Positions 39,795-48,844 of a stretch of DNA of 64,000 bases are shown here, piece by piece. The translations under genes and the position numbers were made by a program. How positions within the stretch are numbered: the first letter of the stretch is position 1; the number at the start of each line of letters is the position of its first letter. The notes beneath the pieces are model-generated. The model had not been told where the DNA came from. It was given only the letters and a program-made list of their open reading frames with translations, and searched no databases. Source of the DNA: an uncultured virus (IMG/VR IMGVR_UViG_3300042356_000546) (Duplodnaviria; Heunggongvirae; Uroviricota; Caudoviricetes); the IMG/VR virus record IMGVR_UViG_3300042356_000546. One strand, written 5' to 3'.

Positions 39795-39981
39795 TACTGC
39801 GGGCTGTGCTGTGCAGGACAGGGCAAAGCTGTTGCGCCCTGCGGGCACAGCGCCACATGACCCGCCACAGGGCCGCATGTTGTTCGAACAGATACCCAAT
39901 TGGGATGACGCTGCCATCAGACGGTGCGGCAGTCACCTGAGACCCGATGAGATGAAGCCAGGCATGACCAGGCGGTGCTGA
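39748..39981 (+). CDS. Possible small lipoprotein
   Basis: Hydrophobic leader ending TAGC. Confidence 0.45.
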   Translation: MSRILLTLLLVLAAASTAGCAVQDRAKLLRPAGTAPHDPPQGRMLFEQIPNWDDAAIRRCGSHLRPDEMKPGMTRRC

Positions 39982-40153
39982 GGTGGAGGGGTCATGGTGG
40001 GGGGTCGGGGTATACATGCACAGTGTTGCGTATATACAACACTAGGGGTAGCAAATCACCACCATGAAACGATAAGTACTCCACCCTAATTTTTTACGCG
40101 ACCAATTTTTTCCCATCTTGTAACCTTTTTCTACACTAACCACAATACCTACT

Positions 40154-40423
40154 ATGAACTATACCTTACAACACAGAGACATTGCGGGCCACACTCTCGC
40201 ACCCGGAGATCACTGTCTAGTCACTGAACACAATAGACTCATTCTGGCCCGAGTCATTAAACTCTATCCCAACAGTAATTTTCTACAGCTACAGCCACTT
40301 AATAGCTCTGCGGGTGGTCGTAGAAGCAAGCCCAGTCAAAAGCAGATCCGGCGGGAGTGCTACAATGTCCTTCGTATAGCGGATCAAGAAATAACCATGA
40401 GCATATTGCGTGGCGCTATATAA
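40154..40423 (+). CDS. Hypothetical protein
   Basis: ORF track. Confidence 0.5.
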   Translation: MNYTLQHRDIAGHTLAPGDHCLVTEHNRLILARVIKLYPNSNFLQLQPLNSSAGGRRSKPSQKQIRRECYNVLRIADQEITMSILRGAI

Positions 40424-40427
40424 TCAC

Positions 40428-40637
40428 ATGCAGCAATACTATGTTCTAAACTCCAGTCCCATTCTAAAGACTGTTTTTGAATTTATTCAGTGTCATGCGC
40501 TTGATCATGAAGTACACCTCAATCGCACTCGCTTTTGGCTAGACACTCACACGCCTGCATACACAGAGTTTGTGCTACGTTTCAGTGATCACTGTCCTCT
40601 AGTAGATCCCACTCTAGATCCAGTCACCGGGCTTTAA
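40428..40637 (+). CDS. Hypothetical protein
   Basis: EVHLNRTRFW. Confidence 0.55.
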   Translation: MQQYYVLNSSPILKTVFEFIQCHALDHEVHLNRTRFWLDTHTPAYTEFVLRFSDHCPLVDPTLDPVTGL

Positions 40638-40709
40638 AAAACTGCGCACGTATTTTTTCGTGGTGTCTAGCCTTTTTTCAGCTATATACATGATCACAGG
40701 GAGATTATC

Positions 40710-40844
40710 ATGAGCACAGTTCCACACTTCTATGACGATGATGAGGATGATGATTATGACGACTACGATGAGGATGATGATTATGACGACTACGATGAGG
40801 ATGATGAAGAAGATGATGAGGACTACGATGATGAGGATGACTAG
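40710..40844 (+). CDS. Hyper-acidic microprotein (44 aa) with an internal 27-bp tandem repeat
   Basis: AGGGAG RBS; MSTVPHFYDDDEDDDYDDYDEDDDYDDYDEDDEEDDEDYDDEDD*. Confidence 0.6.
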   Translation: MSTVPHFYDDDEDDDYDDYDEDDDYDDYDEDDEEDDEDYDDEDD

Positions 40845-40965
40845 ACACTCTTGATCGCAAAAAATCTGCGCTACTGCTTCGCAGCAAAAAATTTTGCGCT
40901 AGGCTGCGCCATCAACAACTGAAATCTCACAGCTAAATACATCATTAACCAATTTGGAGAACTTC

Positions 40966-41139
40966 ATGGCAAGACCAATGACACCCGAAGCAATCGCAGC
41001 CACAGAAACTGCTAAAAAATTAGCCGAAACTACTGAACGTAAAGCACACATGGCCTATTGGGATCTACAGAGTCCCAAAGATGTGCCACCCGTTGAGCCC
41101 CCACTGCCTTCACTAGATCCCACTGCAGGACAGGCCTAA
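40966..41139 (+). CDS. Small hypothetical protein
   Basis: TAAATA and GGAG upstream. Confidence 0.5.
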   Translation: MARPMTPEAIAATETAKKLAETTERKAHMAYWDLQSPKDVPPVEPPLPSLDPTAGQA

Positions 41140-41188
41140 TCGCTGCCACTCTGTGAGTGGTGATCATTGACATGTGATATATACTCAC

Positions 41189-41764
41189 ATGTCTATCACA
41201 CTCATACAAGATCTACTCAAACCCAACCAATTCAGCTATGTCTGCCAACGCCTCACTGATCCTGCTATAGATTGGTTCTATCTGCCCTTTACTGCTAACC
41301 CTGATGATATCAGTGGGGCGGATCCCCAGTATCAGGGATCGTTTAGTCATTTGATCTACAAGGACAGTCAAAATATCAGTCCATTATGGGATCCCAGTCT
41401 GCTCATACTATTGGCTGCTCTGGATCATCAAGATCAACAATTGGATTCAGTACTAAGAGTGCGCCTGGGACTATGCACACGCACACCCTGGAGTGTGGAA
41501 CACACACCGCATATAGATCATCCTGTACTGAATCATCGCACAGGCATATTCTATCCTGCGACCAGTGATGGTGACACTGTCATATTTGATCAGCGCAAGG
41601 AACAGCCTAAAAGGGAAATGTACACAGAATGGCACAGACAAAAACCCACGGCCAATCTATGGATGGACTTTCCCGGCAGGCATTTTCACTCATCAACCAC
41701 ACCCGTTGCACACGAAAGCAGATATGTGTTAACCATTAACTACACAGTTAAAGAATCCAAATAG
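41189..41764 (+). CDS. 2OG-Fe(II) oxygenase-like protein
   Basis: HTPHID, DGDTVIF, HFHSS, RYVLTINY. Confidence 0.7.
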   Translation: MSITLIQDLLKPNQFSYVCQRLTDPAIDWFYLPFTANPDDISGADPQYQGSFSHLIYKDSQNISPLWDPSLLILLAALDHQDQQLDSVLRVRLGLCTRTPWSVEHTPHIDHPVLNHRTGIFYPATSDGDTVIFDQRKEQPKREMYTEWHRQKPTANLWMDFPGRHFHSSTTPVAHESRYVLTINYTVKESK

Positions 41765-41809
41765 GTAATGATGTGTCTAGGTTGATAAATACTCGACCAG
41801 GAGCACACA

Positions 41810-42016
41810 ATGCAAGCATACAAGATCATGGCCCGAAACAGCCGCACAGGTATTAGACTACAGCGTCAATTTCTCGCTGGTGAACACATCACCGATCTCA
41901 GCAGAGCCAATCTTGTGGCACAGCAGTTTGCTGAAAGCCAAACGGCCAAGGATCGTGAAAATTGGGAACCTGTGGTTGCTGTCTACACAGTGGGCTTTAA
42001 ACCCGGTAGTCAGTGA
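41810..42016 (+). CDS. Hypothetical protein
   Basis: ATAAATA and AGGAG upstream. Confidence 0.6.
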   Translation: MQAYKIMARNSRTGIRLQRQFLAGEHITDLSRANLVAQQFAESQTAKDRENWEPVVAVYTVGFKPGSQ

Positions 42017-42071
42017 TAATGTTCTAATCACGTTTGCTGCTATTGATCAAAATGAAAAAATAAATAGCAGC

Positions 42072-42704
42072 ATGAATGAGTGTTTCACAAAATTATCACT
42101 AGGGCTTTCGCCGTCTAATCCTTTATTTGAAGACTGTAAAACTTTTGATTACGGGCATGTTGATGTTACTAAAAATCAAGGCAAAGAAGGCAGGGTCACC
42201 CACGATGTTGCGATATCAGCCACGTTCAAACAGCATAAAGTTCCGCAGAATTATTTCGAGAACGAACCAATTCTAGAACTAATACAAGAGTTTAATTTAT
42301 ACCCAAGAATACTGTTAATAGAACCCGGATACATCTATAATTGGCATAGAGATGTTTACCGTGCTACTGCATTTAATTTAATGTTGACACAAGATGATCA
42401 GTATTTGGTTATGTTTGCACATGAGCACAAGAAGGATTCGCTTATGCCTCGAGACTACGTCTATTTCCCCTATACTAGACTCACCTACGAACCCAATCAA
42501 TTTTATCTGTTAAACACACAAATACCACATAACAGTATTAATTACGGAACTGAATCTAGATATGTTTTGTCAATGGGCTATTATGAACTGAATCCCTTGA
42601 TAACCAAAGGGCCAATTACATCCGACCACTATTATTCAACTGTTGATAAACTAAAAGAAAAACACCTAGTTGATACATTGTGTGGTAATTTTAACGATCA
42701 GTGA
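42072..42704 (+). CDS. Double-stranded beta-helix oxygenase-like protein
   Basis: YNWHRD, NTQIPHNSIN, RYVLS. Confidence 0.6.
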   Translation: MNECFTKLSLGLSPSNPLFEDCKTFDYGHVDVTKNQGKEGRVTHDVAISATFKQHKVPQNYFENEPILELIQEFNLYPRILLIEPGYIYNWHRDVYRATAFNLMLTQDDQYLVMFAHEHKKDSLMPRDYVYFPYTRLTYEPNQFYLLNTQIPHNSINYGTESRYVLSMGYYELNPLITKGPITSDHYYSTVDKLKEKHLVDTLCGNFNDQ

Positions 42705-43132
42705 TACTGATAGTTAATTGAGTCTTGATTTTCTCTATAGGTAGTGGCCCCGTTTTTGTGATGAAACTTGCGAGCCATTTCTGTTTTTGGGCTCAGTGTT
42801 ACAAAGGTTTTAACTTGGGGTTCGTGAGTCTTGATATCCTCTTGAGCCGCTTCTATAAGACTGCGACCCGCACCGGCTGCATAACTCCAAATGGTATAGA
42901 AGACCGCAGTAGAAGTATTCACAGCCACATTGGCAAGATCGTCTACACTTTGTGGAATTTCTGCTAGAAACTTCACACAGGTCACAGCCATGGGCTCACC
43001 TGTTTCACTCTTCAACACATAAACTCTGGAGTTCTTGTCCACTCTAAAGTCTGCAGGGATCTCAGGTCGAACAGGATCGTCCTTGAGCAGTCGTATCAAT
43101 TCGTCTGTGAGTGTGGTGATTCTTTCTAGCAT
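42698..43132 (-). CDS. GNAT-like conserved phage protein
   Basis: DDPVRP, FYTIWSYAAGAG, TLSPKTEMARKFH. Confidence 0.6.
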   Translation of the reverse strand: MLERITTLTDELIRLLKDDPVRPEIPADFRVDKNSRVYVLKSETGEPMAVTCVKFLAEIPQSVDDLANVAVNTSTAVFYTIWSYAAGAGRSLIEAAQEDIKTHEPQVKTFVTLSPKTEMARKFHHKNGATTYRENQDSINYQYH

Positions 43133-43224
43133 GATGGTCCACTAAGTTATGTTTAATTATATACTGCTATTTAACCTTTGTCAAGAAAATTCAGTGAATA
43201 TTATCAAGAAGATAATTATAACAA

Positions 43225-44055
43225 ATGACCACAACTCCGAGACTAATCATGATAGGCGACAGCTTCTCTGTTGAACCCATGGAATCAACAGACGCCACCA
43301 TCACATGGCCGCGACAGGTGGCTGCTGACCTAGGACTCAAATTAATGCCCCTGAGTCAGCATGGAGTCAGTCAAGATTGGTGCTTTCAACAGTTGAGAGC
43401 AGGATTTCATTCTGTGAATCAAATCACAGCTGAAGATCGAATCGTCATATGTCTAACACATCCCAACAGATATTGGTTTGTGCAAGATGAACCCAATCTC
43501 AGTAACATGCACATCATAGGTATGGATCAGTATGTTTCCAAGGAAAAAAACAAGGCCATAGAAGGATTCATGCAGCACATTCAACGACCACAATTGGATA
43601 CTCTGCACATGATGATGAGATTGGGTTGGCTCACCAGTTACATCACTAGACTGGGCTTGCCCAAGCCTTTGATATTGCGCTGCTTTGACATAGACGTCAG
43701 TGAAGCTCAACACCACCAAGAAATAGCCTGGGCCACGGGCACCTTGTTTGATATCCAAACGCAAGAGTTTGCGGAACCAGGCACTCAAAGTGATCAATAT
43801 TTTAGAGGCGTGGACTGTAGATACAATCACATCACCTTGAGCAATCATGGCATACTGGCCAAAAAAATTGTGGATTTTTTCCAACAAGGTCTAACAGTGG
43901 ATCTTGCTGACGGATTCGTTCAAGGACTTATTCTCAAAGACAGTTGGCGAGATACAGATTTTTGTGCGAGAGAATTCAATCAATATCGCATCACGGACAT
44001 GCATGCTAGGCCTGCGTGGACTATGTCAAAAATAATGAAACGACCCAGTTGGTGA
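43225..44055 (+). CDS. SGNH/GDSL-like hydrolase or acyltransferase, paralog 1
   Basis: IGDSFS, LTHPNR, DCRYNH. Confidence 0.65.
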   Translation: MTTTPRLIMIGDSFSVEPMESTDATITWPRQVAADLGLKLMPLSQHGVSQDWCFQQLRAGFHSVNQITAEDRIVICLTHPNRYWFVQDEPNLSNMHIIGMDQYVSKEKNKAIEGFMQHIQRPQLDTLHMMMRLGWLTSYITRLGLPKPLILRCFDIDVSEAQHHQEIAWATGTLFDIQTQEFAEPGTQSDQYFRGVDCRYNHITLSNHGILAKKIVDFFQQGLTVDLADGFVQGLILKDSWRDTDFCAREFNQYRITDMHARPAWTMSKIMKRPSW

Positions 44056-44102
44056 AGTTTCAAGTTTTTTGTCACTGACCATGCCCTGCAGCTAACTACT
44101 GT

Positions 44103-44978
44103 ATGACCAACAAATACTCTACACTATATGTGATCGGTGACAGTTTTTCTGTACCGCCCAAACCCGAAGACACCACAGTGACTTGGCCACAACAGGTGGC
44201 TCGTGGACTTAAACAACAATTGGGGCATGATGTTGTTTTAGAAAATCTCAGCATCATGGGCTGTGCTCAAGACTACTGTTGGGACGTTCTGCAGCATTTG
44301 TTAGAACATAGAATTACAGAAAATGACTACATTGTCATAGCTCTAACGCATCCCAGTAGATTTTGGTTCCTAGATAGACTACCCGAAATGACCAACAGCA
44401 ACATCATTGATTTGGACAGTTTTGTCACCAAGGATGAAGCCAAAGCCATTGAGTATTACATACGTTATATTCAACGAGTTAGATTAGATCTCATACACAT
44501 CAACAATCGCATGGGCTATCTTGCCTATCAGACTCTAAAGAAAAAACTCAACAGACCTATAATAATGAAATGCTTTGGGCAGGATGTGGATCAAGCTGAA
44601 ACCTGGCAGGAAATCAATTGGGCCAAGGGCGTACTGATGGATGATGTGCAACAATGGGAATTTGAAGATATCACGGCAGATCTTGATGCTAAATTTTGGT
44701 ACGGACTCGATGGCAGATACAATCACATGTGCCTAAGCAATCACAAAATTCTAGCGGATAAATTGGTTCACAGTCTTCTCACAGACACTCAGCTAGACCT
44801 TACAGAAGGATTTGTCAAAGGCTTGATCAAAAACAATGCGCTTAAAGACGATGACTTTATTTTCAAAGAATTAGACGTGGCCACTGTACGATCAAATCTA
44901 GAACATCGTGACAGATACAGGCCCGTATTACCTTGGGCAAAACGTCGCAAGATATACACAGGACAGGTTGACAAATAA
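44103..44978 (+). CDS. SGNH/GDSL-like hydrolase or acyltransferase, paralog 2
   Basis: IGDSFS, LTHPSR, DGRYNH. Confidence 0.65.
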   Translation: MTNKYSTLYVIGDSFSVPPKPEDTTVTWPQQVARGLKQQLGHDVVLENLSIMGCAQDYCWDVLQHLLEHRITENDYIVIALTHPSRFWFLDRLPEMTNSNIIDLDSFVTKDEAKAIEYYIRYIQRVRLDLIHINNRMGYLAYQTLKKKLNRPIIMKCFGQDVDQAETWQEINWAKGVLMDDVQQWEFEDITADLDAKFWYGLDGRYNHMCLSNHKILADKLVHSLLTDTQLDLTEGFVKGLIKNNALKDDDFIFKELDVATVRSNLEHRDRYRPVLPWAKRRKIYTGQVDK

Positions 44979-45019
44979 ATAATAATAGTGTATACTGTAC
45001 TATACCTAGGAGGATTTTT

Positions 45020-45715
45020 ATGTTTGGAACAAATTATACAGGTGGTATCACAGACTACCGCTCAGCAGAAGAAGTAAACTCAGCAATGGGCCGTGTCTAC
45101 GGACATATGAGTCTTGCTGTTATTGTAAGCATGATTGTGAGTTACTTTGTGGGCTCTAGCCCAGAATTGTTGCAGTTCTTTTTTACGGGTGCAATGAAAT
45201 GGATTGTGATTTTTTCACCCTTGGTAGTCATCCTGGCATTTGCTTTTGCTGCCCAGCATTTTAATAAAGGGCAACTACAACTATTTTTATATGCGTTTGC
45301 GGCTCTAATGGGTTTGAGCTTTGCCACAATCTTTGCGGTGTTCACCATGGGATCAATTGTATCGGCATTTATGTCAGCAGGTATACTGTTTGCTGTAATG
45401 AGTGGTTATGGCTACTTTACCAAACAGAGTCTTGACAGCATGGGCAAGTTCATGTTTGTGGGATTGATTGCTATCATCATTGCAAGTATAATCAATATCT
45501 TTATTGGTTCAACAGTGATGCAGATGGTGATCTCAGCTATTGCTATCATTGTGTTTCTGGGTCTAACTGCCTACGACACACAGAAGATTCGTGAAATGGT
45601 TTCAGTAGATGGCGATACAGGTCGTGAAGAAGTTATGGGCGCATTAACTCTCTACATGGACTTTATCAATCTGTTTATCAACCTACTACAGTTGTTTGGC
45701 ATTAAGAAAGATTAA
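45020..45715 (+). CDS. Bax inhibitor-1/YccA family membrane protein
   Basis: About seven transmembrane segments; GLTAYDTQKI, ALTLYMDFINLF. Confidence 0.9.
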   Translation: MFGTNYTGGITDYRSAEEVNSAMGRVYGHMSLAVIVSMIVSYFVGSSPELLQFFFTGAMKWIVIFSPLVVILAFAFAAQHFNKGQLQLFLYAFAALMGLSFATIFAVFTMGSIVSAFMSAGILFAVMSGYGYFTKQSLDSMGKFMFVGLIAIIIASIINIFIGSTVMQMVISAIAIIVFLGLTAYDTQKIREMVSVDGDTGREEVMGALTLYMDFINLFINLLQLFGIKKD

Positions 45716-45845
45716 TGTGGCGACTCAAATACTATTTGGCCACAGGGCAGTTGAGATCTAAAACATTCTCAACACTAGAGCAAGCTGTGAGATTTTCAGT
45801 TTACTCTATATACGCTTGGGATGTCTACGACTGTTATAAGATCGA

Positions 45846-46556
45846 TTAATCTAAAGACTGGGCCTGTTCTAGACTCAGCTCTTGATCTTCTAGTTCGCGA
45901 ATTTTATCTGTAATTTCATCAATAAGACCTAGGTTTCGAAGTATTTTGAAAACTAGGTTTTCTACTGACCACTCGCCCGCACGTTCCAGTCCTGCCTGAC
46001 GCATTTTAGTGATCTTTTCTTTTACTAGTCTCAAGCGGTTGAGATCTTTACTTAATAGAGCAGTTTCAATGTCGTGGATGACTGAATCTTTTTTAGCTTC
46101 CACAGCACTGTCATCTACTTCTGGTTTTATTTTCTTTGGTTCGACCAGCCATTGATTGTCAGCTATGCTATACACTCCGGTACTGTGGTGTTCTTCTTCT
46201 TTGCCCTGAACATAACATTCAACAGGAAGACCTTTGATGGTGATATTGTGTTGTTCGCCCCAGAGTGCCTTTTTGGCATTGAATAGTTCTCTAGCAGCAT
46301 CATCTACTTCACCTTGAACAATAAGATGCAGATCTAGGTCTGAATGCTCGGTCCAGGTATAGTTGGCATTTGATCCTGTAATTGTATAATCTACTACATC
46401 AAGATCAATGCCGATAAACTCTTGAAATGCATCGGCAATTTCTTTGAGTTTTTGTGCCACCGCTGGGTCGAGTGCATCACCGTTCCATATCTTGGGATTG
46501 AGACGGCGATTAACTGTGATTATATCTGATCGTTCGTGTAATTCTCTTAGACGCAT
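45846..46556 (-). CDS. Pol-beta superfamily nucleotidyltransferase
   Basis: TGSNANY...SDLDLH...VECY; MRLRELHE N-terminus. Confidence 0.75.
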   Translation of the reverse strand: MRLRELHERSDIITVNRRLNPKIWNGDALDPAVAQKLKEIADAFQEFIGIDLDVVDYTITGSNANYTWTEHSDLDLHLIVQGEVDDAARELFNAKKALWGEQHNITIKGLPVECYVQGKEEEHHSTGVYSIADNQWLVEPKKIKPEVDDSAVEAKKDSVIHDIETALLSKDLNRLRLVKEKITKMRQAGLERAGEWSVENLVFKILRNLGLIDEITDKIRELEDQELSLEQAQSLD

Positions 46557-46559
46557 CTA

Positions 46560-46802
46560 CTATTTAGCCCACATTAAATGATAATGTGTTAGTACATGAT
46601 CGTTGTAGAATTCTGCTACTAAACGACAATACATGTCGTTTTTTTCTAATACTATTTGACATTGATCTTCAGGTTGCGTTAACAACCAATTGGTATGATC
46701 TAATCCTAGCGTTTTATGCACTTTGGGCCAATCAATTTCAATGTTTTCGCCCTCGCTATCTAACCATTTATACAACTCTACTTTTTTAGTCTTCATCGCC
46801 AA
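46560..46802 (-). CDS. Hypothetical protein
   Basis: Overlaps the helicase stop. Confidence 0.55.
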   Translation of the reverse strand: MAMKTKKVELYKWLDSEGENIEIDWPKVHKTLGLDHTNWLLTQPEDQCQIVLEKNDMYCRLVAEFYNDHVLTHYHLMWAK

Positions 46803-48222
46803 ACTGCTTGTTTAAAATCTCACGCATCTTACTTGATTCAACATTGGCACGAACCTTGCCTAGACCAACACCTTGAGTTGGATCTTGTATAACACCATCT
46901 TCATCGATGCGTCCTTGAATAGTACTACGAGCCTTGATTGACTCAATTATACTAGAACTACCTCTGCTTGTTGCACCGTTATTTTCTTGTTCGTCCTCGG
47001 GTAGGTCACTGATTCTTAAACTTTCTAGATTGAACTCTAGATCAATCTTCATGCCTACCCCACTACTTGACCGTGTCTTCATCAACTGCAATTGATAGCG
47101 ACCACGTTCACGCATAGCTCGACTGGTAAAGATACCAAACACATTATCTGCCGTTTGAATCTTGCTCAAACCACCCGAGATGTGACTGTGATCAAATTCA
47201 ACTTCTTCTACAGCACCACGATTTAACTGTGCCGCAGTAACGAACACACAGTTCTTCTCCACTGCTAGATTACGAAGTTCTTCTGACACATACTTGTCTT
47301 TGATGAATAAGTCAGCCGGGCTGATCTTTTTACTTACAGGCATTAACAAGTCTAAGTAGTCAACTAACAGTACGTCTACTTTTTTGCCTACTTTAATTTC
47401 ATATTCTTTCAGGTATGCACGAATGTCGTTGGCAGTCTTGCCTGAGGGCATGTATTTTATCTGTAGCATGCCCGACTTCTTGCCGATCATTTTAACTTTC
47501 ATTTCAACATCATCTAGATCTTTAAAAATGTCTTTAGTTGATGTTCCTGTTATCATTGCATCAATACGCATACTGACCAGTGCTTCTGAAAGTTCAAGAG
47601 TTAGATAGACCACATTAAGACCCATCAATGCCCAGTTCACACCCAAGTTAGCCAAGAACAAACTTTTACCTGCGCCGGATCCACCGGCAAAGATGTTTAG
47701 TTCACCACGATTAAATCCACCAAATAACTTACGATCCATACAGGGCCAACCTGTGCTCACCTGTCCATTCTTGTCTTTGATGCCCATCAATCGGCCACGA
47801 GGATCAGCAAAGTAGTCTGTGCCCATATCTCGGGCAAGTCCAATCTGTACAGCTTCTTTAATTAATACTTCCACTGCACCATAGTCATGTTTTTCTAATA
47901 GATCAGCTGATTGTATAATTGCACGTTCAAGAGCCTTGTGTTGAGTAAACTTCTCAAACTCATCCATGAACCAGTCCATGTGACCTTCTTTAAGATCTTC
48001 TGGACGTTTCATATCAGTGCGGCACGATGCATTGACCATTTCATAGTCTGGCAGTACATTATAGCCCTTGGCATATTCATGAATAAATTCTGCTGCATCC
48101 TGTAGTTTTCGGTCAAACAATGAATGATCAAATATACCTTGGCAGCGCACAAATACTTCGGCATCTGCCAGCATGAGTTCAAGATATAATTTTTGTACTT
48201 CGTAGTCGTAGGTCTTTATCAT
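46786..48222 (-). CDS. Replicative DnaB-like helicase (T4 gp41-like)
   Basis: GGSGAGKS, TLELSE, VDYLDL, TAAQLNR, KTR. Confidence 0.92.
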   Translation of the reverse strand: MIKTYDYEVQKLYLELMLADAEVFVRCQGIFDHSLFDRKLQDAAEFIHEYAKGYNVLPDYEMVNASCRTDMKRPEDLKEGHMDWFMDEFEKFTQHKALERAIIQSADLLEKHDYGAVEVLIKEAVQIGLARDMGTDYFADPRGRLMGIKDKNGQVSTGWPCMDRKLFGGFNRGELNIFAGGSGAGKSLFLANLGVNWALMGLNVVYLTLELSEALVSMRIDAMITGTSTKDIFKDLDDVEMKVKMIGKKSGMLQIKYMPSGKTANDIRAYLKEYEIKVGKKVDVLLVDYLDLLMPVSKKISPADLFIKDKYVSEELRNLAVEKNCVFVTAAQLNRGAVEEVEFDHSHISGGLSKIQTADNVFGIFTSRAMRERGRYQLQLMKTRSSSGVGMKIDLEFNLESLRISDLPEDEQENNGATSRGSSSIIESIKARSTIQGRIDEDGVIQDPTQGVGLGKVRANVESSKMREILNKQFGDED

Positions 48223-48836
48223 CGTATCACTTTATAATCCATAATAATTGTTCTGCGTGGCAATGTTTTTATAGGATAAACACCGTGGAAAATATCGCCA
48301 CGAAGTATTATGCAACGGCCTGCCCAACTGCTAAATGATTTGTATAATGGTTTATCGCCTTTAGTTAAAAAAGCATACATAGACCCCCATGCATTTTCTT
48401 TTGCACTAACATTTGGGTCTTGGTTTATTTCTCCATCTAAATAGAATATCTGTGTAACACAATCGTTGTCGTGTGTATGCATGCTTTGCCAGCCGCCTGC
48501 GGCATATTCCATGCTCCATGAAATAGTTGGCACAAAATTTAGGTCAATTTTATTTCTTTTTAATCGTCGCTTGGTCCATTCGAATATACCATGTGTTGCT
48601 TCTTCCCAAGCGGGGTGTTGAACATAGTTATCAAGAAATTGTTTGTGTCTCACTGTCTGTGCAACCACAGGATCACTCCACAATGGGTACTGTCTAGCAT
48701 TAAACGCCACAGTTTCGTTGCTGTATTCAGTATTGGGATTTGATTCAACCAGTGGCAATAGGTCTTGATACTTGGTATATTCTGTATCAATTAGCCATTG
48801 ATCACCTGTTTGATATTTCTTATTATAATAAAACAT
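48219..48836 (-). CDS. 2OG-Fe(II) oxygenase-like protein
   Basis: WQSMHTHD, FYLD, IFHGVYP, RRTI. Confidence 0.6.
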   Translation of the reverse strand: MFYYNKKYQTGDQWLIDTEYTKYQDLLPLVESNPNTEYSNETVAFNARQYPLWSDPVVAQTVRHKQFLDNYVQHPAWEEATHGIFEWTKRRLKRNKIDLNFVPTISWSMEYAAGGWQSMHTHDNDCVTQIFYLDGEINQDPNVSAKENAWGSMYAFLTKGDKPLYKSFSSWAGRCIILRGDIFHGVYPIKTLPRRTIIMDYKVIR

Positions 48837-48844
48837 ATATTTTA

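Noticed and set aside
43225..44978. Tandem SGNH paralogs as a template/variable-repeat pair of a diversity-generating retroelement
   Set aside because: They are diverged along their whole length, differences are not adenine-specific, and no reverse transcriptase is present; an ordinary old duplication.
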